From Planctopirus limnophila DSM 3776 (GTDB taxonomy: Bacteria > Planctomycetota > Planctomycetia > Planctomycetales > Planctomycetaceae): a DNA stretch of 32,000 nt. The position numbers and the translations under genes were made by a program. Position 1 is the first letter of the stretch; every line of letters begins with the position of its first letter. The stretch is taken from the NCBI RefSeq assembly GCF_000092105.1, contig NC_014148.1:4230001-4262000 (forward strand), in the 5' to 3' direction. The notes beneath the pieces were generated by a model. The model was given only the letters and a program-made list of their open reading frames with translations, was not told the DNA's origin and made no database searches. Of the stretch, positions 17,243 through 25,254 are shown in pieces.

Positions 17243-17270
17243 AACATAGGACATGGTTGGCGTGTGTCAA
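17243..17270 (-). promoter_or_regulatory. Candidate sigma70-type promoter for the pilus operon
   Basis: On the minus strand, TTGACA (17270-17265), a 16-nt spacer and TATGTT (17248-17243). This was matched by eye to the E. coli consensus only. The promoter consensus in this lineage is unknown to me. Confidence 0.2.
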
Positions 17271-17570
17271 AAAAATTTGCAAATCGACTCAGGAATCCAG
17301 AAGTTGCGACATCACGACGCCTTGAATTTGGGGAAGCCATTTAATGGTTGATCAAAGACGTAAGTCGCGATTTCGTTGTGTTGTTGTTCGTTGAGCGAAC
17401 ACTTCGAGTCGCGCAGGAAACTGAGTTAAGCCTGCGGAGTTATGCCAGAGGAATTGCCTGCGTTAAGGGGTTCAGTTGTAGTGCTCGATGCGATTGCGCT
17501 GCGTGGATAAGGTCAACAGGCGAGTGATTTTGCGAGTGTGGTCTGGCGACGCCCCGATGTGCGTGCTGTA

Positions 17571-19673
17571 ATGGAAGACCGCGTCGATCGATTGGCCGAT
17601 CTGGATGAACTCTCTCAAGACAAGAGACGTATTTTGAGTAATGCTGCCCCCGGGCCATTTGAACGTGCTTTTGCGAACCGAGATCTGTTTCGAGGTGCGG
17701 CTCGATCCGGTTTATTCTGGTCACTCGCATCGGCTGTACTCACGCTCCTGCTGGTCGCTGTGGCAGGATTAATCCTTGGCTTGTGCATTCATCACGGAAA
17801 GCTGTTTCTGGAACTCGATGGCCCGGCTGCCAAACAACTGGAAAAGCTGGCTGGTGAGCGGCTGATTCCCCCCGAATTCAAGGCCATCTCAGAGCTGCCC
17901 CCTTTCGATATGACGCTCAATCCCTCGGCCTCTCCTCCGCCACTGATTCCGATTATTCGTGATGACACCGGAATTCTGCCCACCGTCTGGAATCGTCGAA
18001 ACTATTGGTATGGCCCGGCTCTGGCCTGGTGCTACCAGTCGATCATGACCCTTCAATCGACAGTCCCGGCGCTGGTGACATTGTTGCTGAGTGGTGCTGT
18101 CCTGACTCTGCTGCGGATGGGTTGTATCGGACAAGTGAAACTCAGTGCCCGCAAAGCCGCTCTCGAAATGAGTGCTCAGATGCGGAGGAATATCTACCGC
18201 GCTAACCTGCGATTGGGCGTCGAGGATATCGAAGGCCACACAACACAAAGGGCTCGTCGGATCTTCGTCCAGGAAATTGAAAGCCTGCAGAATCTGCTGT
18301 TCGAGTACATCGATCGAACCTTGCGACTGCCGGTAGAGATCGTGGTCATGCTGGCCGCATTGCTGCTGATCAATCCACTCTTGACGATTGAATGGTTACC
18401 ACCTTTGGCATTGTGCTGGTATCTGCTTTCACAGGGTAATGCTCGTGCCCAATCCGCCAGGCGACTGGCGGCGGATCGTGGAAATCATGAGCTGCAGGTG
18501 ATGGCCGATGGTCTCAATCGTTCTCAACTCATTCGCAGTTACGGGCTCGAACAGACTGAGCAGGAAGCATTTCTCAACCATCTGGATCGATACACTCAGA
18601 ATATGAAACTGAAGGCCCGCGTTCAGGATGACGCACTGTGGCTGAGGATTTTCGTCTATATGGCGGTTGTCGCAGTGATGGTCTTCCTGCTGTTCATTAC
18701 GTTGGTACAACTGGCCATCGACTCCCCATTACTTTCCTTGGCAGATGTGCTGGTCTTCCTCTCGGCAGCAGCGGCACTCATGTATGCCGCGCGGGAGCTT
18801 GCCCGCGTCCCGGGGATTCGTCGACAGGCGGCGGAGATCTCGACGCATATCTTTCAGTACCTGGATCAGATTCCTCAGGTCAGCCAGGCTGTGGGTGCCA
18901 GATTCCTGAATCCGCTGAGCAAGCGGCTGCAAATCGATCAGGCGACCTATAAAGTTCCGAATTCCGATCAGGAACTTCTCGATAAGCTCGATCTGATTAT
19001 CGATGCCAATCACAAGTATGCCCTCGTGGGAATTGACGAGCTGGATGCCCGGGCTGTGGCCATGGCCATTCCTCGATTCATTGAATTGAAATCCGGGCGA
19101 GTGCTGATTGATGGTGAAGATGTCGCCTGGGCGACTTTGGAATCTTTGCGTTCAGAAATCATTTTTGTGACTTCGAACGCAGCGGTCTTCCCGGGCACGA
19201 TCCTGGATAACATTGCCGCCGGTGGAGAATTCACACTCCAGCAATGCACAGATGCCGCCAAAGAAGCTCACGCTCATCAGTTCATCGTCGGGTTGATGAA
19301 CGGTTATGAAACAGTGCTTGATCCGCGCGATCATCAACTCAGCGAAGGCCAGATCTTTCAACTGGCTCTGGCGCGAGCACTGGTTCGACGCCCGGCATTG
19401 TTGATTATCGAAGAACCTGAAGCCGCTCTCGATGACGATACGAAAGCCTTGCTTGATGATACGTACGACCGGATCACCTCCGGGCGAACCGTGATCTTTC
19501 TGCCTCAGCGGCTGGCCACACTGAAGCGAGTCGATGAGATTATCGTGCTGGGGCAAGGCCGCGTCGCTGCTCAGGGCCCGCATAGCGTGCTGGTCAAAGA
19601 ATCGCCGATTTACCGCCATTGGGAGTACCTGCGGTTCAACGAATTCCGTCATCTGAGTGACTCCGGCCGATAA
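17571..19673 (+). CDS. ABC exporter-fold protein (6-TM ABC_membrane-type domain plus NBD) with a degenerate, probably non-catalytic nucleotide-binding domain
   Basis: Six TM helices show the type-I exporter pattern, with an insert of about 90 aa between TM1 and TM2. In the NBD, the Walker A position reads ALVGIDELDARAV (no GxxGxGK[ST]), the Q-loop reads VTS, and the signature is LSEGQ. Walker B is LLIIEEPEAALD and the H-loop position is FLPQRL. The track start at 17538 is GTG; the first ATG is at 17571. Confidence 0.8.
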   Translation: MEDRVDRLADLDELSQDKRRILSNAAPGPFERAFANRDLFRGAARSGLFWSLASAVLTLLLVAVAGLILGLCIHHGKLFLELDGPAAKQLEKLAGERLIPPEFKAISELPPFDMTLNPSASPPPLIPIIRDDTGILPTVWNRRNYWYGPALAWCYQSIMTLQSTVPALVTLLLSGAVLTLLRMGCIGQVKLSARKAALEMSAQMRRNIYRANLRLGVEDIEGHTTQRARRIFVQEIESLQNLLFEYIDRTLRLPVEIVVMLAALLLINPLLTIEWLPPLALCWYLLSQGNARAQSARRLAADRGNHELQVMADGLNRSQLIRSYGLEQTEQEAFLNHLDRYTQNMKLKARVQDDALWLRIFVYMAVVAVMVFLLFITLVQLAIDSPLLSLADVLVFLSAAAALMYAARELARVPGIRRQAAEISTHIFQYLDQIPQVSQAVGARFLNPLSKRLQIDQATYKVPNSDQELLDKLDLIIDANHKYALVGIDELDARAVAMAIPRFIELKSGRVLIDGEDVAWATLESLRSEIIFVTSNAAVFPGTILDNIAAGGEFTLQQCTDAAKEAHAHQFIVGLMNGYETVLDPRDHQLSEGQIFQLALARALVRRPALLIIEEPEAALDDDTKALLDDTYDRITSGRTVIFLPQRLATLKRVDEIIVLGQGRVAAQGPHSVLVKESPIYRHWEYLRFNEFRHLSDSGR

Positions 19674-19800
19674 GTGAACCCGAAAGCCAGGTGAACCAGG
19701 GTACTGAAACATCTTCGCCCATGGTGCGCACCGAGTGGATTTGTCATAGTTCCAACAGGCCGATTTCGTCGCGATGAACCTATAAGTCTTCAGGATCAAA

Positions 19801-20709
19801 ATGTCTGCGCGCCATTCAACCGGGATTCCAGAACTTGATCAGCTGCTGGGTGGTGGCCTGATTCCGGGAACATTGACAGTCATTCTCGGTGCGACCGGGA
19901 TTGGCAAAACCCAACTGGGAATTCAGTTCGCAGATGCAGGAATTCATCAGGAAGGAGCACCCGGCTGTATAGCTGATCTCACCACGCGCGGCGACTCCCA
20001 GAATCATCTGGCTTATGCAGCCCGCATGCGTGACTGGCAACTCAAAACGACTGACAGTGCTGAAGAAAATGGATCAAGTGAGAACTTGCTCTACGGGGAG
20101 AAGGTCTTTGAGAACCTGGAAGATCGTGCCCAGTATTTGAATCTGCTGGAGATGACGGGTCGCCGGGTGACTCGTGAATCGACCACGGCAGAAGAATGGC
20201 AGGATTGGAAAGCCGAGTGGAATCATCGTCTGGAGAGGGCCATTGCCTTTTTCTATCGCAATTTTGTGGGTGGCACCCGCCGTTGTGTGATTGACGGTAT
20301 CGAGCCAGCGGCCCGGTCGGCAGATTCCCAGCAGTTCGAGATGTTCTCCTACATCTATCATCAGGTATTACGCAAAGATCATGACTGGCTGGCCCGCGAC
20401 CTGTTCCGCATCCGCTATCGAGAGCTGGAACCATTGGTGATGCAGCATGCTTACGAGAAAAGCCAGATCTCATGTCTCCTGCTGGCAACGTCGCACGAAG
20501 TGATGCTGGAAGATCTGATTCGTCGTCCAATTGCGACTGGCGATGAACTCTCGAACGCGAATACGATTATCCTCATGGGGAAGATCCACGAAGGAACCCG
20601 CATGTCGCGAGCGCTCTATGTGGCCAAGCATCGCGGCAGTCCTTGTGAAGAATCGATTGTGCCTTACACGATTACTGAGTCAGGCCTGAAGCTGCATCCC
20701 TCAAGCTGA
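19801..20709 (+). CDS. Single-domain KaiC/RadA-like (RecA-superfamily) ATPase
   Basis: STGIPELDQLLGGGLIPGTLTVILGATGIGKTQLGIQFA is the classic KaiC-domain start with Walker A (GATGIGKT). A Walker-B-like RCVIDGIEP is present, and the C-terminal ILMGKIHEGTRMSRALYVAKHRGSPCEESIVPYTITESGLKL matches the family end. ATG is at 19801, 127 nt after the ABC-like gene. Confidence 0.8.
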   Translation: MSARHSTGIPELDQLLGGGLIPGTLTVILGATGIGKTQLGIQFADAGIHQEGAPGCIADLTTRGDSQNHLAYAARMRDWQLKTTDSAEENGSSENLLYGEKVFENLEDRAQYLNLLEMTGRRVTRESTTAEEWQDWKAEWNHRLERAIAFFYRNFVGGTRRCVIDGIEPAARSADSQQFEMFSYIYHQVLRKDHDWLARDLFRIRYRELEPLVMQHAYEKSQISCLLLATSHEVMLEDLIRRPIATGDELSNANTIILMGKIHEGTRMSRALYVAKHRGSPCEESIVPYTITESGLKLHPSS

Positions 20710-20770
20710 TGATCTCAGTGACAATGTCTGAAACATGACGATGTCGTATTCGTGACTTCGCCATGATGGG

Positions 20771-21679
20771 TTATTCCGAACGCTGAAGCCTTTGCAGATA
20801 AGTGGCGAGTGCTTCTTGCCAACTCGGCAGCGCTCCATAGCTTTGATGAAAGCGAGAAGTATCGAGCACGCTGTAACCTGGCCGGTGGGCCGGGGCATTG
20901 AACTCGGCTGTCGTGATCGGAATGACTTCGGTCGTGAGGCCTTGGAGTGAAAAGATCTCACGCGCCAGTTGAGCCCAGGTCGTACTCCCGGTGTTGGTGA
21001 TATGCCAGATGCGTGACGTGAGATTGGTCTTGGGGTTGAAGGCATCGGGATCGACCAGAAGTGAACGAATGGCTTGCGCGACGTCTTGAGCCGATGAAGG
21101 CGTACACCACTGGTCATCGACCACTTTGAGCACAGGCCTTTGCTGAGCCAGTCTGAGCATGGTCTGAACGAAGTTTCCCTTGCCCTTTGCTGGGCGCTGC
21201 CCATAGAGGCCACAGGTGCGCACCACAACACTGTGCGGGCAGGCTTCGAGAGTGGCCTGTTCGCCAGCCAGTTTGCTGCGTGCGTAAACCGAAACGGGCT
21301 GCGGTTGATCAGTTTCCCGCCACGGCCTCGCATGAGCCCGATCGATGGTCTGGCCAAACACATGATCGGTGCTGATATAAACCAGCTTGGCACGATTTGC
21401 AGCGCACCATCTGCCGATATGGCCCGCACCGGTCGCGTTGATGGAAAACGTGTTTTCGCTCGTCGATTCAGCCACATCGACCTGAGTCTGAGCAGCACAG
21501 TTGATCACAATCTGCGGATGAATCCCCGAGAGCACCGCATCGACCTGGGCAGCGTTGGTCACATCAAGATCTTCTCTTCCCAGGATCGAAAGCGATCTGC
21601 CTGAGTCGGGTGCCAGGAGACACTGAAGTTCGAAAGCCAGTTGACCCTGGCCACCTAAAATCGCGACAGATTCCACCAT
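20771..21679 (-). CDS. rfbD: dTDP-4-dehydrorhamnose reductase
   Basis: The motifs are VAILGGQGQLA (Rossmann), VINCAAQTQVDVAE, YISTDHVFG and the YARSKLAGE catalytic YxxxK. NFVQTMLRLA, VVDDQWCTPSSAQDVA and AHRPGYSVLD are also present, a full RmlD pattern. ATG at 21679 gives 302 aa; the track ORF extends to 21733. Confidence 0.87.
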   Translation of the reverse strand: MVESVAILGGQGQLAFELQCLLAPDSGRSLSILGREDLDVTNAAQVDAVLSGIHPQIVINCAAQTQVDVAESTSENTFSINATGAGHIGRWCAANRAKLVYISTDHVFGQTIDRAHARPWRETDQPQPVSVYARSKLAGEQATLEACPHSVVVRTCGLYGQRPAKGKGNFVQTMLRLAQQRPVLKVVDDQWCTPSSAQDVAQAIRSLLVDPDAFNPKTNLTSRIWHITNTGSTTWAQLAREIFSLQGLTTEVIPITTAEFNAPAHRPGYSVLDTSRFHQSYGALPSWQEALATYLQRLQRSE

Positions 21680-21974
21680 GGGTACAAAAACTTTCAACAG
21701 AGATCCAACAATTCTCTCGGGAGATAAAGCCATCGATAACGTGAGGAAGGCATGACTTCGCTCGGCACATCAAGAATTCATCACGCGGTAGAAATCATCA
21801 TGGGCAACCAAGCAAATCGCTCCTGTTGGCGATAATATCAGGTGGTTCGTTTCACCAGAATGTGAATCCTTTGCAGAGCAAAAACTCCAGGCAATGGGTT
21901 CAGCCTGCAAGATCGTTCCCTGCGGTTGCCCTGATCGTTCCGCCTGTCCCCATGAGCAGTCAGCAAGGTTGCCT

Positions 21975-22643
21975 ATGTCGCTGAATGACCGCCCCGATGA
22001 CGCGTCACAAGAAAAGCCCACAGGTTTTGGAACAGGCCATGGTTTTCGGCCCGTCGTGCCCCAAGAAATCTCACAACGTACGGTTCAAACGCGCGACGAA
22101 TATCTGGCGGCTCTGGAAAATGGGGAACGCTGGATTGAGATCGAGGAAGGAACGTTCTTACGTCAGGACCCTCCCGACGAAATGCACGGCAACATCATTC
22201 GTAACCTGACAACCGCCCTGGGCCCTTCTCTGAAAAGTGACGCCAGGTCGATTCCCTGTTTTGAACTGCCACTCCTGCTCGATGAAGAGCGATTGACCAT
22301 TCGCATCCCCGCGATCAGTTTTTATCCACCGGCAACAGGATTTGCCGTGATGGATGAGCTGATGACCACAGAGATTCCAGTCCTCGTTGTGGAAATTGCA
22401 TCATCGAGACTTCGCCGGGATTCGATGTCGGCTCGGGTGAAAGGCTATCTGCAAAAAGGAGTTCAAGGCGTCTGGGTCATCGATCCTGTGACCAGGCATG
22501 TGCATCAGTTTTCGGAGGGGCTCCCTCCGAAAATGATCAAAGAGACCGAAACGATGCATGGCTACCCTTACTTTGCAGACCTGCATCTGCTGGTGATGGA
22601 TCTCTTTGCTGATCCAGTCTGGCTGAGAAGTTCAGGGAACTGA
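21975..22643 (+). CDS. Uma2-family (DUF820) PD-(D/E)xK nuclease-like protein
   Basis: WIEIEEGTFLRQDPPDEMHGNIIRNLTTAL and IPVLVVEIASSRLRRDSMSARVKGYLQKGVQGVWVIDPVTRHV match the Uma2 pattern (EL-x-G...H, vvEv-S, D-x3-K-x2-Y, WivDP). The usual 'PD' strand reads RIPAISFY. ATG is at 21975; the track ORF starts at 21894. Confidence 0.72.
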   Translation: MSLNDRPDDASQEKPTGFGTGHGFRPVVPQEISQRTVQTRDEYLAALENGERWIEIEEGTFLRQDPPDEMHGNIIRNLTTALGPSLKSDARSIPCFELPLLLDEERLTIRIPAISFYPPATGFAVMDELMTTEIPVLVVEIASSRLRRDSMSARVKGYLQKGVQGVWVIDPVTRHVHQFSEGLPPKMIKETETMHGYPYFADLHLLVMDLFADPVWLRSSGN

Positions 22644-22993
22644 TGGCACTGACACCCGGCACGCACGTTTTACCTGATCGATAAACTTCAGCAAGTGGGC
22701 ATGGCCGGTACGACTGTTCCTATACCTACATCAGGCAGGATGTGCGACTCCTCGTCATGTTGTTGCTTTCGCGGTCAAAATTGCCGCTTTTTGGAAATCG
22801 ATTCGATCGATGAATCTAAAGAAGTCGCAGGCATGAGCCGGGTCTTTATTTAACCCGCGTTCCCCCTTGCGGCTTGGAATAGCACGGATGGCGTATGTTG
22901 CGAGAGCCAGGCAAGGCATCAGCCAGCCTGAACATCTCGACATTGTTGATCCTTGCTCCGCCCTGCCCAAGGGTCTCATGGAAGGTGAGCAAC

Positions 22994-24274
22994 ATGCTGA
23001 GCTGGAATTGGCGTACAGGTGGCTGGCGAACACGGAACTGGTCAGTTCTCTGCGCTGGAACTTTGCTGGCAACCACAGGCTGCTGCTCGATTTCTGTCGG
23101 GCCTAAGGTTTGCAATACACCGGCCTGTGACAGCACCTTGCCTTCCGGTTCATCGGCTTCCTGCAACAGTGATGGAGTCGTCGCTCCCACGTGGCAATCG
23201 CCTTTGCCCGATGTCAACATGCAGCCACTGCCTCCCGATGCGAACTTATCTCCATCGCCCTGGCAAGGCGGGCACACACCACCTTCACCCGAGATGTTGC
23301 GTGAAGAACCTGCCAATACGCCCACTCCTCTTCCCCCTGTCAAAGATGATGTCCCACCTTTGCCGGGAGTTGGGGCCAAATCGAAAGTGCAGCCGGAAGC
23401 TGATCCTTCAGCACCCAAAAAACTCCTTGATCAGGCCAAAGACTGGTTACCGACATGGCCTAAACCCAAACCGATTCCTGAACCAACTTCGACCACACAG
23501 AAACGATCATGGAAGGATCGATTCCTTCCGTATCGATCATCTCCGCCATCCACGGTGGCAAGCGCTGGGGAATCTCGCGTAGCGAAGACGACTGATCGCA
23601 GGACCGAGGAAGTGATTGAGCAAGTGACAGGGGACGCACTGGAAAACTTCCAGGGAGATCTGGGCCTGGCCGAGAGCACAATTCTGACAACTTCGCAGTC
23701 TGTCGCTTTGACAAAAGGGAGCGTGGATTCAGAACGGTACGAATCTGCACAGCTTTCGAATGATGGGCCTTTAATGATTCCTGGCCCGGTGGAACTTCCA
23801 GCCGCCTTGCGAACCAACCCACTCATGCCTTTGAGCGTCGAGCCCGCGCCAACAACAGAGCTGTCGATTCAACTGGGTGAGATTGAATGTGTTGAAGAGA
23901 TCGCGTCGCCCAACCACAATCCGCAGACACCGTCTGTCGCACAGATTCAGCCCGTCGGGCAGGTTCAGACTGTCAATCAAGCTCGGGCAACTGAAGAAGC
24001 CATGCCTCCGCTGCCTCACTTGCCTTCTTTGGAGATACCAGCGGCGCTTCCGATTCTCAGAGACTCCTCTGTGAGCCAAAGTCTGGATACGGGAGCATTC
24101 AAACAACCTGCGGGCGAAACCCCTGCTCCGCTTCCAAAAGTGATGCCGATGATGCCAGGAAGTGCTCGTCCGCTACCCGCAATTGTACCAGCAGCCACTC
24201 CGACCTCGATGGAACCTAGGGTCGCTGCCTGGCCTCCACTCCCTGTCAACATTCAACCCCACGTCCCTCGCTAA
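22994..24274 (+). CDS. Pro/Ser/Thr-rich, probably disordered envelope protein with a lipoprotein-like signal
   Basis: ATG at 22994 is preceded by GGAAGGTGA. The N-terminus MLSWNWRTGGWRTRNWSVLCAGTLLATTGC ends in a lipobox-like TTGC. The rest is low-complexity (P, S, T, A, E) with no recognisable domain. Confidence 0.6.
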   Translation: MLSWNWRTGGWRTRNWSVLCAGTLLATTGCCSISVGPKVCNTPACDSTLPSGSSASCNSDGVVAPTWQSPLPDVNMQPLPPDANLSPSPWQGGHTPPSPEMLREEPANTPTPLPPVKDDVPPLPGVGAKSKVQPEADPSAPKKLLDQAKDWLPTWPKPKPIPEPTSTTQKRSWKDRFLPYRSSPPSTVASAGESRVAKTTDRRTEEVIEQVTGDALENFQGDLGLAESTILTTSQSVALTKGSVDSERYESAQLSNDGPLMIPGPVELPAALRTNPLMPLSVEPAPTTELSIQLGEIECVEEIASPNHNPQTPSVAQIQPVGQVQTVNQARATEEAMPPLPHLPSLEIPAALPILRDSSVSQSLDTGAFKQPAGETPAPLPKVMPMMPGSARPLPAIVPAATPTSMEPRVAAWPPLPVNIQPHVPR

Positions 24275-24312
24275 GCGAACTGGTTCGCTCTAGAGGTACA
24301 CTGGTTGACGCC

Positions 24313-24984
24313 TTATCGACGTTGCCACAGGCCCCGATGGATCACCCAGCCATCCTGCCTTTTGCGGCGTTCAAAGCTGGTGTGATAATCGTCATCATGC
24401 TCCGCCTCATTCTCAGGTGCTGGCGGAAGCGCGACAAACAGCGGATGATTGTCCATCAAACCTTTGATGACCACAAAGTAGTCTTCCACATCAGTCCATG
24501 AGTGGACATGACCCCCGGGCATCACAATGCGGGCCAGAAGATCGACAAACTGATCGTTGAACAAACGCCTGCGCATATGCTTTTTCTTCCACCAGGGATC
24601 GGGGAAGTAGACATGTGCAGCGGTGACAGAAGCTTCGGGAAGCTTTTTCGAGAGCACTTCGCGAGCATCTCCCCCCACAATGCGGGCATTGGGTTGTTTA
24701 CGCCTGACCAGGCGTCTGGCAGCTCTCCGCGCTTCTTTGAAATCGATTTCGAGACCAAGAAAGTTTGTGTCGGGCCTGGTGGTTGAGGCTTTGAACATGA
24801 ACATGCCGCGACCACAGCCAATATCGACTTCGAGCGGGGCCGGCGTGGTGAAAAACGTCTGCGGGTCAATGGCTGGGCCAACATCTTCCACGGTCTGAAA
24901 CCAGGGGCTTAAATCTTCGGCTGGCTGCCGACGGCGAGGTTCAGGGACGACCGGGCCATCAAAGATCACATCGTCAACATTCAT
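24313..24984 (-). CDS. trmB: tRNA (guanine46-N7)-methyltransferase
   Basis: The SAM-binding VDIGCGRGMF and LGLEI are present, and the diagnostic HVYFPDPWWKKKHMRRRL matches the family motif FPDPWxKKRHxKRR. ATG is at 24984. Confidence 0.92.
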   Translation of the reverse strand: MNVDDVIFDGPVVPEPRRRQPAEDLSPWFQTVEDVGPAIDPQTFFTTPAPLEVDIGCGRGMFMFKASTTRPDTNFLGLEIDFKEARRAARRLVRRKQPNARIVGGDAREVLSKKLPEASVTAAHVYFPDPWWKKKHMRRRLFNDQFVDLLARIVMPGGHVHSWTDVEDYFVVIKGLMDNHPLFVALPPAPENEAEHDDDYHTSFERRKRQDGWVIHRGLWQRR

Positions 24985-25149
24985 AACGTGGGCATACTAT
25001 CCACAAGCGTGGAATGAAAAGAGAACTTGAGAATCGACAATACATGGATGTGTATTGCAGAGATCAATGCTTCGAATGGATGCAAACACTTTCGTTATCT
25101 GGTGATCGCCGGATCAGCATGGGCGGCAGGCACGATGAGAAATCCCTCT

Positions 25150-25210
25150 TTTGTCTTGCCAGCCATTTGTCTTGTCAGCCGCTGTGATGAATTCCGCTGT
25201 GATGAATTCC
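25150..25210. repeat. Two adjacent pairs of about 15-bp direct repeats in the fabZ-like/trmB intergenic region
   Basis: The first pair is TTTGTCTTGCCAGCC (25150-25164) and TTTGTCTTGTCAGCC (25166-25180). It is immediately followed by GCTGTGATGAATTCC (25181-25195) and an identical GCTGTGATGAATTCC (25196-25210). Confidence 0.9.
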
Positions 25211-25254
25211 GTGGAAGCACTGCATCCCGGTAAACGCTGACAATCCACGAACCA

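Noticed and set aside
17119-17340. A 73-aa minus-strand ORF in the divergent intergenic region, considered as a possible missing major pilin
   Set aside because: It has no class-III signal (G|FTLxE) or hydrophobic helix, it is Arg-rich, and it overlaps the leader hairpin. It is treated as non-coding.
17050-17570. A sigma54-type promoter (TGGCAC-N5-TTGC) for the pilus operon or the ABC-like gene
   Set aside because: The only GG/GC pair found (TTGGCG...TTTGCA at 17257-17281) has the wrong spacing, with about 20 nt between the GG and GC elements instead of 12. There is no match on the minus strand.
19152-19799. A 215-aa minus-strand ORF antisense to the 3' end of the ABC-like gene and the intergenic spacer
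   Set aside because: It overlaps the recognisable NBD coding frame (LSEGQ, Walker B). Its own sequence has no motif, so it is a shadow ORF.
20701-21498. A 265-aa minus-strand ORF overlapping rmlD in another frame
   Set aside because: The rmlD frame shows a complete RmlD motif set. The alternative frame is Arg/Ser/Pro-rich with no motifs.
22846-23826. Several 120-190-aa minus-strand ORFs, plus a 187-aa alternative-frame plus-strand ORF, overlapping the Pro-rich gene
   Set aside because: These are compositional artefacts of a Pro/Ser-rich coding region (few stop codons in the overlapping frames on either strand). They have no start context or motifs.
24274-24289. A small hairpin AGCGAA-CTGG-TTCGCT right after the Pro-rich gene stop
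   Set aside because: It has only 6 bp and no U-run, so it is too weak to call a terminator.
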